A stretch of 64,000 nt of DNA from NCBI RefSeq assembly GCF_963921235.1, contig NC_086110.1, forward strand, positions 10,478,001-10,542,000, read 5' to 3'. Position numbers and translations under genes: made by a program. This document shows, piece by piece, positions 38,421 to 50,405 of this stretch. Origin of the DNA: Mobula hypostoma (Eukaryota). Under the pieces are notes generated by a model. It did no database searches and was not told the origin of the DNA. It saw nothing but the letters and a program-made list of their open reading frames with translations. Position 1 is the first letter of the stretch; each line of letters opens with the position of its first letter.

Positions 38421-39403
38421 GTCTGCCAATGTTTTGTTGTTTGAATTTTAATAATTTTATTGAATTAATGTTCCATTTCATGAGACTGCATTTGATCAAC
38501 GTACCTTAAGTGTTTCAAATTCGAGGCAAATAATTTTTTAATTAACTTTATTGCTGCTAAGGAATGACAGTTGATTTTTTTATTCCCACAGCCAGTTAAA
38601 AAAGGAAAAAAAAATATTCTAGCAGCAGTATTTTCTGCAGATAGCATAGGTTAGAGTTGTATAGAATTTTTACAGTGAGCGCTTTCTTGCACCGTGAAAG
38701 GCTGTATTCACTCACAGGATGTGGATATTGCTGCGAAAACCAGCATTTCTTGTCTCTTGGACTGAGTCATTTACTAGGGTCTTTCAGAGGACAATTGAGT
38801 CAACCGTGCTGATGAGTTTAATGTTTGATATGGGCCATGCAGGGTAACGATACCAGATTTCCATCTGAAAATCGTTTGGTATCAGATTCTTTTGACTATA
38901 TAGTAGCTTCTTTCACAATGACAGAATTTATTAATATAACTGAAGATTTATTTAAATATTTTAAATTAGGGAATGGGGTATGAGGAATGGTAATCCAGCT
39001 GAAAAGTGGGAAGATAATTTTTCTTAATGAGTTGTAAGTCATCTAGAGATTGTCCTACTTTGCATTGAGTTGATTTTTCAGCAGCACCATATTGCCTTTT
39101 TTATATATTGGAACTGAGTAAATGGATTTCTAGGCCAAGATGGTAATGCATTTCATCCTTTTGCTCAAGTATCTGCAAATAGGATTCTAAAGGGGAGGAC
39201 ATCTTTGACTTATTTTAAGGATTTCAGAAGCTTGGTGGATGAATATGAACTATTGGATACCTACCCTGTATGTTCATTTGCAAAAGATACTCGATAAAGT
39301 ACCTCGAAAGGTTACTGTGACCGATTAAAAATACATGGAATAGGTAGAGGATTAGCTAATTCGAAGAAGATAGATTTGGGCCAAATAAAATGGGCCATTT
39401 TAG

Positions 39404-40505
39404 ACCACAAGACATAGCAGAATTAGGCATTTGGCCTTTTGAGTCTGCTCCACCATTCAATCAAAGCTGATCCATTTCTCCCCCTCCTCAGCCACACTCC
39501 CCAGCCTTCTCCCCGTAACCTTTGATGCCATGTCCAATCAGGAACCTATCAATCTCTGGCTTAAATGCATTCAATGACCTGGCCTCCACAGCTGCCTGTG
39601 GTAACAAATTCCACAAATTCACCACCCTCTGGCTACAGCAATTTCTCTGCATCTGTTTTAAATGGGCACTACTCTATCCAGAGGCTGTGCCCTATTGTCT
39701 TAGACTCCCCTCCCCAAGAAAACATCCTTTCCACATCTATTGTGTTTAGGTCTTTCGACGTTTGAAAGGTTTCAATGAGATTCTCTTCCCCACCCCCCAC
39801 ATCCTTCTGAATTCCAGCAAGTACAGACCCAGAACCATCAAATGTTCCTCATATGATAACACTTTCATTCCTGCAATCATCCTTGTGAACCTCCTCTGGA
39901 CCAGCTTCAATGCCAGCACATCTCTTCTAAGTTTTGAGGAGCCCAAACCTACACAATACTCAAGGTGAGGCCTCACCAGTGCAACATCACATCCCTGCTC
40001 CTGTATTCTTGACGGCTTGAAATGCTAACATTTCATTTGCCTTCCTCACCACCGACTCAATCTGCAAGTTGACCTGTCTCTTTACATCTCAGATTTTTGA
40101 ATTTTCTCCCCATTTAGAAAATAACCTAAATTTATTTCTACTACCAAAGTGCATGCCCGTACATTTCCAACATTGTAATTCATTTGCCACTTTCTTGCCC
40201 ATTCTCCTTGGGTCCTTAAGTCTCAAGTCCTTCTTCTTTCCTCAACACTACCTACCACTCCACCAATCTTCCATATCATCTGCAAACTTGGCAACAAAGC
40301 CATCTATTCCATCTAAATCATTTATATATAAGCATAAGAAGAAGTGGTCCCAACTCTGACCCCTGTGGAACACCATTAGTCACCGGCAGCCAACCAGACA
40401 AAGGATCCTTTTATTTCCACTCAGCCAATGCCTAACCATCTTAGTAACTTTCCTGTAATACCATGGGCTGTTAACTTGGTAAGCAGTCTCATGTGTGGCA
40501 CTTTG
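39404..40505 (-). mobile_element. 5'-truncated CR1, degenerate
   Basis: RPHLEYCV..VQRRFTRMI; reversed GVPQGS and KFADD; 3' tail. Confidence 0.85.
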
Positions 40506-41854
40506 TAATGTACTATGAAACAATGTGTTCATGGCATTTCCAAAAATTGCTCACTGAAAATTGTGATTTCAGTGTGAAAAGCTAGTTAATCCCTTGTTTG
40601 GGAAATCCCCTTCCTGAATGAAATTAGCATGTGAATAAATATTTAAGTTAGTGTTAGGAAATTTATGGCAAGGCAGATCTGTTTTTAAGCAATTTGGTAT
40701 TTTTGACCAAACTGGTCATTGCATTATTTGCTACGGTAAACCCGAACTATGCTTCAGATGTTGTCCTTGGAAATAGCAGTTGATGAAAGACAGGCTTTTG
40801 GAAGAAAATTTTAAAGCAAGTAACATTTTGAATAGACATGTGAACATGTAGAATGAGAGGGCTTGTGTTTTGTAGCAACTTCTATTAGATAACTTGAGCA
40901 AGCTCAAGTTATTAAAACATTAAAAGAATAACAGCTCACTGTTGCATAAGAGCTAGAGCTGTTGAAGTTCATGTTGGGAGCTCAGCATGGTTGAATGACA
41001 AGAGTTGAGATGTACATTTGGGCAATGTTATTAAAAACCCCTTTTGGAAGCATTTCAGTAGCATAGTGAATGCTTCACGTATAAGTCTCTAGAATGGGAG
41101 TACTCCAAATCTGCACCTATTGACGTCATCAAGCAAACTGACAAAGCAGTGATGCCCATCTGCTTATCAGTTTCAACATTACAATTAGCTTAAGCTGGTT
41201 TTAAGTTTACTTCACAGCTTGTAACATTCAGAAAATGTTTAATTTTATAATTTGATTTCACAAAGGAATAGACAGGATTGAATTATCCAGTTATCTAATG
41301 ATCAGATTTACTGCTGTTTGAAAAATAAATGATATCAAGAGTGTTGGAGGCAGTTGAATCTTTTATATGGCAAGCATTTGTCTCAGGTTACCATCTCAGA
41401 AATTATGGTGCATTTGCACAGCTTGGCACTGAAAAAAATGTTTATAATCCACAAAATAGTGTTGCCACTGAGGGTGCTGCACACTTTAAAAATTCTGTTG
41501 AATAAGTTGATCTGATAGACTTCAGTCAAATAAAAGTGCTGTCTTTTGGTTGTGCGATTGGAACTGTACGTAGATCAGAGTGAATAATCCAGCTTCAAGA
41601 TGTACATCATATTTTGGCCCATGATAGTTCTGTAAGTTCATTATTGTAGTCTGAATTGGAAAGAAATAATGGATTTCAACATGTACTTGATAGTTAACTA
41701 TCATCCTTCGAGATTACTTCTGAAGTGTGATCTCTGCATTTACAATTCCTGTTTGTACTGCAACAATTTGCTTTTGTCTTGTTCTTTGGAATTGGAGCAT
41801 TGCTAGTAAAAGCTGAAATTTTTGGCACCTGTTTACCCTTAATGTCTTTTGATT

Positions 41855-42862
41855 TTTGGATACAGTGGAGAAAGAGCTAAAGATTATAAAGAAATGGTTT
41901 GATGTTGACAAGTTATCACTGAATCTAAGTAAAACTAAATTCATAATATTTGGAAACCGTGTACCAAACTCGTATAGTAAACTTGGAATAAATGATGTTG
42001 AAATTGATGAGGTATCTGAAACAAAATTTTTAGGAGTAGTAATAGATAATAAATTATGCCAAAGCAAAACTGTCAAAATCTATTACAATACTGTACTGCA
42101 AGATTTCTTAAATCAGGAATCTTTGTATACATTATACTGTTCACTTATACATGACTTACTGTGTAGAGGTATGGTGAAATACATACAAAACAAATACAAA
42201 CTCAATTTTCTACTCCAAAAGAAAGTCATACTCATTGTAAATAAGACAATTTATTATGAGCCAACCAGTCCACTATTTATTCAACTAAACACTTCAAAAT
42301 TCAGAGATTTCGTACATTTTAAAATCATACAAATTATGTATAAAGTAAAAAATGGACAGCTACCACAAAGTATCCAAAGGTTGTTTAAAATGAGAGAAAG
42401 TCAACATGATTTGAGAGGAACGTATATATTTTAAAAACAAAAGGATAAGAACAAATGTAGAAAATCTCATTGTATTTCAGTCAGAGGGGTGAATCTATGG
42501 AACAGTTGTAGTGAGAATTTAAAAACGTGCGCCACACTTACCAAGTTTTAAAAATTATTTTAAAATAATTGAACAAATAACATACATGATTTAAAATAAA
42601 TAGGAGTAATGTAAATAAATGGTACTTGAAATTGGATTTTGTGTTAAAAGATTATGAAATTTTTGTTTTGATGTGCTGATTGACACCAAATATGTTGTGT
42701 AAGTAAGAGGGGTAGGTGTAATGAGCTGTAGCTTCAGCCTACACCCTTTCGGTCTGTCTTAAAGAATATCTTTTTTTGTTGTAATTTTGTCTTATGAAAT
42801 CATCGTTGAAAATTATCCTTTTTATGTTTGTACCGACCAAAATAAATTTCATTCATTCATTT
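41855..42862 (+). mobile_element. AT-rich LINE 3' fragment (Crack/Daphne/L2-like)
   Basis: KWFDVDKLSLNLSKTKFIIF..ETKFLGVVIDNKL..LQKK RT C-terminal region; 3' UTR ggggtagg..gcttcagcctacaccc; AATAAA 42841-42846 plus (cattt/catt)n tail. Confidence 0.75.
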
Positions 42863-43419
42863 TAGTCTTAACAACACCCTTGAAGTCATGCAGTTAAATA
42901 GTGCTTAACAGCCATTGATACTAAAGATCCAAATACTTGTTAGTCCAGGGTGTTTTGGGGGTTAATCCTGAGGGAAAATCCCTTCTCAAAAATTTATTGC
43001 AGCCTTGATCAAAATTCTGGTTGGCTGTCAAGGAGTTTGGGGAGGAAAAGTTAAACTAGTCATATGTTGAATAAAAGTAATTCTGCGCCAAAGGTTATGG
43101 TAGTTAGATTTTATTGATTATTTTAGTATTACTACTGTAGTAACAGTAAATTTTATTTTTTTGTTCAAAGCTGGAAAACTGGCTCATAATGAAACTTTTT
43201 GAATCCTCCCCTACTGCAGTAAAATGTTCAGAAATGGTATTCCAGGTTGCAGATGGCAAAATTTGTTTTTTTTTGTCATTGTTAGTTTGAAATGTATCCT
43301 TGGAAAATGAGGTTTTAATTACAGATTTGAGTGAAGTGTAGCTTTGTATAAATTAAATACCCAGTGGACCCTCAGCGATGAGGAATCTCCATACTGGCGT
43401 TGACTGTACTTCAGTACCT

Positions 43420-43520
43420 TAGCAACACACACAGAATGCTGGAAGAACTCAGCAGACTCGGCAGCATCTATGGAAAAGAGTAAATAGTCGATGTTTTGGG
43501 CTGAGACCCTTCTTCAGTCC
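43420..43520 (-). mobile_element. Penelope-type terminal repeat remnant
   Basis: Reverse complement ctgaagaagggtctcagcccaaaacatcgac..gatgctgcc..ctgctgagttcttccagcat. Confidence 0.65.
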
Positions 43521-44169
43521 CTTATCTGTGTTTGTTGAGCCTGAAATAAAGTGTGACTGCAGGCAATTTTACTCTTCATTTGAGACATTATACAAATTAG
43601 TCTAATCTTGAAGTTCAAAGTAAATGTATGGCACCATATGCAACCATGAAATTCACTTTTTTGTGGCATACTCAATAAATCTGTAATACAGTCAAATGAA
43701 AGGCCACACTTGGTGTTCAACCAGAATGCAAAAGGTGATAATGTGCAAATACAAAAATAAATAATAAACAATAAATTCATGAGTTGAAGTCTTTGAAAAG
43801 TGAGTCCATGGGTTGTTGGAACATTTCAGGGATGGGGCTAACAGTTCAGTGAGTGGTTTGGGCTCCTTTTAATTTCCTTAAATTTGAAATTTCATTAATC
43901 AGCTGTCTTACAATTAAGTAGAATTACATCTCAAAGCTTTGGGTGCTGGGGGCAATTTTAAAACTTAAAAATGAGAAGAGTTTTGGATAAGAGTCTTGTA
44001 TAATTGTCCCTCTGAACATGTAGTTCTGATACTTTGGAGCATTTGTGTGATGCCAGTGCTTTTTGTTCAGTGGCCATGTGAGTGTAAATAATGTTATTTG
44101 TGATATTAATTATACTTGCACCTCTTCCCTATTATTACCATTGCCCCATACTTCCTCTCCATCTTGCAG

Positions 44170-44304
44170 CTCAGTATAGAGAAGGTTCGAGCTATGGTGG
44201 AACAAGTGGAGATGAAAGCTCAAGTTATTCGATCAGAAGTCAAAGCGGTAACTTCACGGCACAAGAAGGCTTTAGAGGAACGTGAATGTGAGCTATTAAG
44301 AAAA
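44170..44304 (+). CDS. trim71: TRIM71-like exon 3 (coiled coil)
   Basis: Acceptor atcttgcag|CTC; 135 nt encoding [45 protein letters not shown]; donor AAA|gtgagt. Confidence 0.95.
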
Positions 44305-44674
44305 GTGAGTTGGAGTTTGCTCAATTTCTTTTTCTCTGAACACACTTTCCAGTCTATCTGTTTGATTCTATTTCAAATCATTGTATTAATTTGGATTAAA
44401 TTCAAGTTCTGATAGTTGAACTCTGAACTGCAGCATATAGTTTGACTGATGCAACTCAATATTTAATGTCAGGTGGAATATTGCCACTTGCCCTACTACA
44501 AAATTTCTTTGCCTCTCAAATGTTATATTTGGACTTGTATGTGGATTTAATGATGTTTCCAGTTTCACTTGTTTTGAGTTAAAGGAAGTGATGTTACTCG
44601 TGATAGATGCGGTGTGGATTCAGTCCACTGAGCATCATCCACCCAATTACAGTAACCCAAGATTAATCCCATTT

Positions 44675-44890
44675 GTGTTTTATTTATAGATACAGTAACA
44701 TGGGTCAGGAGCCCACATTATCCAATTGTACCCGTGCAACCAATTAACCCACTAATCTGTATGTTTTTGGACTGTGGGAGGAAACTGGAGCACCCAGAAG
44801 AAACACACACTGCCAAGGGGAGAACTTACAAACTCCTCTCAGGCGGCGGTGGGAATTGAACCTTGGTCACTGGCACTGTGATAGCTTTGC
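44675..44890 (-). mobile_element. V-domain tRNA-derived SINE
   Basis: tttggactgtgggaggaaactggagcacccag..acaaactcc..gggaattgaacc (reversed V domain and B box). Confidence 0.7.
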
Positions 44891-45356
44891 TATCCTACAT
44901 TCTCATCAACTTCCCCCATAATCTGCCAATCACCTGCACAATAGGGGCAATTTACAATGGCCAGTTAAACTCCCAACCCACACTTTACAGAAGAAACCCA
45001 CGTAGTTATGGGAAGACAGCATTGGAAACCAGGATTACTTCCCAGGCCTCTGGTGTTGAGGTCTTCTAATGGCTCTTCTAACGTGCCATTGTCCTGCTTT
45101 GGTAATGATGGACACAAAGGTGGTGGTTGCAGATCAGTAGGTCTCATGCATTAATAGTGATGGTTCTTGTTCTTCTGTCTTTATACGTTTGTATATTTTT
45201 TAAAAAGAGTGCAATCTGTTTGAGTGAAATGTCAGAGGGCAAGTGATGTATTTCAGCAGAGAAGAAAATGTTATATTAAAGTAAATATTCATAGAAGTAA
45301 TTTTTTGGAATAATGTTCAATATTTTCAATATTAATTAAAATCTTCATATGAATAG

Positions 45357-46808
45357 GTGGAAAAGATCCGGCAAATGAAGGCCAAGACTCTGCACCTCCA
45401 AGTAGAAGCACTGCGTGAGAATTTATCCAGGCTGGAGAGCACAATAGACTGTGTGCAGAAGGCCCTATTAGATGGGCGAGATGTGGATGTACTCTTGGCA
45501 AAAGAGCAAATGTTTGTCCAAATCCAAGATCTGAAGAAACTTAGGAATCTCCTCCAACCTCAGGATGACGACACCCTTTCATTCATTCCACCTGATGGTG
45601 TATTATACAAGGCCATCAAGTCATTAGGCATAATCAGTAGCAGTGCATATGCCCCACTATCTACAGCTACTGGTGAGGGACTGAAACGAGCACTGCGTGG
45701 GAAAATGAGCAGCTTCACCGTGATCACCAAGGATCACACTGGCGAAGGGAGATCATCTGGTGGTGATTTGGTAGTAGTTGTTATAATGGGACCTGATGGG
45801 TGTCTCTTTCGAGCAGATGTTCTTGATCATCATGATGGCACCTATGCAGTTAATTACTCCCCACACCTGGAAGGAGAGCATGTAGTTTCAGTCACAATTC
45901 GTGGGCAACATATTGAGAATAGCCCCTTCCGTGTAATTGTCAAAGCAGGTCGTAACTACACTGGGATTGGGCTTCCAATTTGCTCTTTTGGTGGAGAAGG
46001 GGATGAGGATGGGCAGCTCTGTCGGCCATGGGGCGTCTGTGTCAACAAAGAAGGTTATATCATTATTGCTGATCGTAGCAATAATCGTGTCCAGGTGTTC
46101 ACACCAAGTGGGACATATCACCACAAGTTTGGCACAGCAGGTTCCAGACCTGGACAATTTGATCGTCCGGCTGGTGTTGCATGTGATCAGAATTGTCGGA
46201 TCATAGTGGCCGATAAGGACAACCACCGTATTCAGGTTTTCACCTTTGAGGGGCAGTTCATCCTTAAATTTGGGGAGAAAGGAAGCAAAAATGGCCAATT
46301 CAACTATCCTTGGGATGTTGCCGTCAATACTGATGGGAAGATCCTGGTGTCAGACACCCGCAATCACAGAGTTCAGCTTTTTGGCCCAGATGGAAACTTT
46401 GTCAGTAAATATGGCTTTGAGGGGGCTTTGTGGAAGCACTTTGATTCTCCTCGTGGAGTGGCCTTTAACCATGAAGGACACCTAGTGGTAACAGATTTCA
46501 ACAATCACCGGCTGCTGGTAATCCACCCTGACTTCCAGTCAGCACGCTTCCTTGGTTCCGAAGGCACAAGCAACGGGCAGTTCCTCCGACCTCAGGGTGT
46601 AGCAATTGACCAAGAAGGCCGCATCATTGTAGCCGACTCCAGGAATCATCGTATTCAGATCTTTGAACCAAATGGCAACTTCCTGTGCAAGTTTGGGACG
46701 CAAGGCAGTGGCTTTGGGCAGATGGACCGTCCATCTGGAATAGCCCTAATGCCAGATGGACTGATAGTAGTCGTCGACTTTGGCAACAATCGTATCCTCT
46801 TGTTTTAA
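45357..46808 (+). CDS. trim71: TRIM71-like exon 4 (coiled-coil end, filamin repeat, six NHL repeats)
   Basis: Acceptor gaatag|GTG; uninterrupted 483-aa frame with filamin domain (GEGLKRA..HIENSPF) and NHL repeats (LCRPWGV, FDRPAGV, FNYPWDV, FDSPRGV, FLRPQGV, MDRPSGI), ending [13 protein letters not shown]-stop. Confidence 0.97.
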   Translation: MEKIRQMKAKTLHLQVEALRENLSRLESTIDCVQKALLDGRDVDVLLAKEQMFVQIQDLKKLRNLLQPQDDDTLSFIPPDGVLYKAIKSLGIISSSAYAPLSTATGEGLKRALRGKMSSFTVITKDHTGEGRSSGGDLVVVVIMGPDGCLFRADVLDHHDGTYAVNYSPHLEGEHVVSVTIRGQHIENSPFRVIVKAGRNYTGIGLPICSFGGEGDEDGQLCRPWGVCVNKEGYIIIADRSNNRVQVFTPSGTYHHKFGTAGSRPGQFDRPAGVACDQNCRIIVADKDNHRIQVFTFEGQFILKFGEKGSKNGQFNYPWDVAVNTDGKILVSDTRNHRVQLFGPDGNFVSKYGFEGALWKHFDSPRGVAFNHEGHLVVTDFNNHRLLVIHPDFQSARFLGSEGTSNGQFLRPQGVAIDQEGRIIVADSRNHRIQIFEPNGNFLCKFGTQGSGFGQMDRPSGIALMPDGLIVVVDFGNNRILLF

Positions 46809-46845
46809 TGCTGTGTTCTTGTTTTTCTATATTGTGGATTTGTTG

Positions 46846-46982
46846 CTCAGGGACAATGTCTTAATTGTTTTCCCTATAGAAGACAGGTATTTTTTTCTGT
46901 CATCTACCTCATGTTGGTATAGTGTGAGCTTGAGCTGTGAGACTACTTCAAAACTACATAAATTTATAGCAGACCTACCTCA
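46846..46982 (+). promoter_or_regulatory. Proximal miRNA site cluster (miR-125 8mer plus two let-7 8mers)
   Basis: CTCAGGGA 46846-46853; CTACCTCA 46904-46911 and 46975-46982; wobble variant CTACTTCA 46943-46950. Confidence 0.8.
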
Positions 46983-49900
46983 CTGCCTGCAGATGTTGGG
47001 CTGACTAATGTTTGAATATTTCCATGGAACTGTGCAAGTGTGTCCAGGCAATTGGTGCCTTTATGATCTGAATCCAAAGACTTGTATCTTAGTATTAAAA
47101 GTTGTCTTGTAGCTTTATTTAATGCAAATCTCTCAGGTAGGAAGACTATTGGCCACTTGTATAAGCCTAAAAATAGCCAATTGTGGGTGACTGATAAAGG
47201 CTTTGGCTGCCTACCTGCATACATGTTGTTTTCAGGGATTATTTGATATTGAACATCTTGTATGTTTAGCCCTATGCTTTCTGAATGTAACCCTACACTC
47301 CACCTGAATGTAAACTAAATACCTCTTTTGTTTTGTTTTAGGGTGTAATGTTCTTTGGCCTGATGCACATAGAAGCTCTTGAGGGGTTCTTCTGAGTGTT
47401 TATTTTGGGGTGTTTCGAAAAACAAAAATATTGAGTTATCATGTGATACCCTGAAGCTCAATCTATATTTATGGCACCTGGAATAATGAAAATATATTTA
47501 CCTCTACTGCAATCTCAGGTACCTGTATGAAATCTATTTCCTACTCAATTAGTAGGCTGTATTTGGTCTTGGAGGCAGTATTACTTAGTATTGGAAGAGA
47601 ATTGGCTGGTTTTAAAAATAAAAAGAATGCTCTGTTTTTGGCTCTTGTATAGTCCTAGTTGGGATCCGCAGAAAAATGGTGCAAATCTGCTTGGCATTTT
47701 ACCATGTGCTGTGACCAATACCATAGACAGAAATTAGGTATGGGCCTAATTTGAATATCTAGTATGTTCTCAATGGTGGCCTTTCTCAATGGGAAAATAT
47801 TCAATCATCTGAGCAATTGTACTCAGATATAATAGTGCTTTATGCATTATTTCTATTGGATTTTGAGAAGACCTGATCAGTTCTTTATTGCAGGGATTAA
47901 GAGAATGTGGTTGTATTCTGTCCTTTGGTAGAAATTAGCTCAGTTCTTTTCAACTTGAATATAATGGTTTTGTTTGCCATGCACTGAAGCAATGGTAGAA
48001 CACGTGAAGATCCCCAAGGACTGGCAAGAATTACTGACTGTAACAGTGCTGTACGTGAATACTCTGGTAGAATTTTGGTTTCGTATTGGAGCAAGGATAG
48101 ACTCCATAGATTTAATTCCTTCTCTCAATCACCTATTTCCTTGTAGCCCAAAGCAGCCAGTTTATTTAGAAACGAGACAAAATGTCTCTTTAAAATTATT
48201 CTACAGTGTTTATGCAAATTTCTATCACAGCCTTGAATTGGAATTTGAGCTTTAAAAAAAATCAGTATTTATAGTCTGGGAGCTGCAACATATAAACATG
48301 ACACTTGCTTAAAAATTGTTAACAACCAAAGTAGTATAATTTTAATGCAGCCAGTTTCAGTTGACATTCTGGGATGCTCCACTACATCTGCCTTACTAGT
48401 CTGGTAATCAATGTTACAGGCACAATTTATTTCATGTTTAAAGACAACAGCAAAGCTACAAGGAATATATGTACCATCCTGGCAATCGTGGGATAAGGGT
48501 CCAGTAGTTCTTTAAAAAAAAACAGTGAACACTACGGATTTCCAAATGTCTCCCTGTTTTAACACAACTGCTTTTGTTTCAAAATTTGATTTTTGAACTT
48601 CACTGAAGTTCAGCTACTTATCAAAACATGGTGTTGCCCCAGAAAGGATTCGCTTTGAGCTTCAACAACAATGAATGCTTTGGCCAACCTCTGGATGCAG
48701 TCTTTCTAAATTCTAACGCACAAGTTCTGAAATGCAGAGTAATTTTAACCCTACTCCAAGCTGACTTAGCTGTTTAGTAGGAATTGTTTAGAATGGAGGT
48801 GGGTGGAAACGTTGGTCAGCAAACTATTGGGAAATCTATTATGACAGGGTAATATTTATACAAATCAAGTTCTATAGGTTCCAACCAATTTATGCAGAAA
48901 GGTAATAATTTCTAGCTGGTCTTCAATAGGATTGGAAATTACCTTAGAATATACATGATCCAGAGACAATTTAAAGTGTGTGTTCTGCATAATTGTGAAG
49001 TTCCTGATGGAGTGGTTTAACTTTCAAGATGAAACTGGCTAATGTGCTGCTTCAGGTGGACTGTAACAGTTGATTTGATAAATTGTGGTTAGCTGTTGTA
49101 GTGTAGAATGGCTTTTATTTTACACAATAGGAAATTGCTTGAGCAGTGGTTAATAATTCACACTAAACTGTTGTGGAACCAGTCAGTTTGAAATCTTTTA
49201 AAGCTCTCCAATGTTTTGAAATTTGAAATAAGCTTTGTCTTTAGAATTAAAGCTCTACTGAGTCTAGTTCCTGTACTTTGAATGCTGTGCTCTTAGCTTT
49301 GAGTTTTTTTTACAGTTGCAACATTATGTGGGCTGCTTTAGATCTTTTGGGCATTTTTTTTCCCTTCAGCACAAATTTAAAGATGCAAGCACACACCTGG
49401 CACCCCCACTTGGGGTGTTATCAAAGATAATGCCACTGCCTTTAAAAACCAAAATAAATAACTGTATAAACCAAGGCGGTTTGTTAATGTACCGTATTAT
49501 TGAGTTCCTTTGGGATAGCAGTGATCCACATTTTTCAAAGCAAAGTATCTTCTGAAAGTAAAATAGGATGATCCCATTCCTAGTGTTCAAGTCTTTTGAT
49601 GTGAAGTAGGACTCGGTGATTTCTGGAGTAATGGAGTTTTGACTTCTGACCATAACTGCTTTGCTGTGGCTCCTGGGGACTTCGCTAGTACAAAATATGA
49701 TGACCTGTCTGATCATGTTGCTTCCCAAAGAGATCATCAGAAAGGATTTGGTGGAATGGCTGTTCAAAGCTGATTTGTTTGTAAATTTGTCTCTTGAACA
49801 TTGTTTTAATGGGACCATATATAATAATGGAAGACCGGGGGACCTTTTCCAGATGTAAACTGCATGTTAAAGATTGGATTCAGGGGTGATGAAGTTAAAT

Positions 49901-50198
49901 TTTATGAAAAAAACTATTCCTTATTCTTTCCTGCCTATTTGGCTTAGATGTCTGCTATCCAACTGGTAACTTAATATGTTCTTGATTCAAATGTGTGTAA
50001 TGTTGAATTGTGTGATTTAAGACTTGGGATTATTCAAAACACGTCACTTTCCAATTTTGTACAAATCTCCATAGTCTATTTTAGCTTGAATTCAGAAAAA
50101 ATTCACACAGCCTTACAAAACAAATGTGTAGAAAATTCACTAAAAGTGCTTAATGGATTTATGTTCACAATTCTTAAACTCAATCAGGCACAGTATTT

Positions 50199-50405
50199 TA
50201 CCTCAACCTCAACAAAAAGATCAACTTGCAGAACCCTAAGTAGCCAATAATTTAGAGACTAGGGTCTTAATGATACATAATTCTCAGGGAAGTGATCCTA
50301 CTCTCTGAAGGTTTTAGGGTTGCAAGACATGGTTCTCGTGCCTTGTCAGGTAATGGCTTTTGTCTACCTCGGTGCTTCTTTCTGCAGCAGTTTCAAACTA
50401 CCTCA
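50199..50405 (+). promoter_or_regulatory. Distal miRNA site cluster (three let-7 sites plus one miR-125 site)
   Basis: TACCTCA 50199-50205; CTCAGGGA 50283-50290; CTACCTC 50364-50370; CTACCTCA 50398-50405. Confidence 0.7.

Noticed and set aside
45888-46485. Overlapping ORFs within exon 4
   Set aside because: Shadows of the NHL coding frame.
48594-48612. Perfect 8-bp stem with ACU triloop as a possible TRIM71 autoregulatory element
   Set aside because: The closing pair is C-G and the third loop base is U, whereas LIN-41 response elements prefer a U-A closing pair and a purine there.
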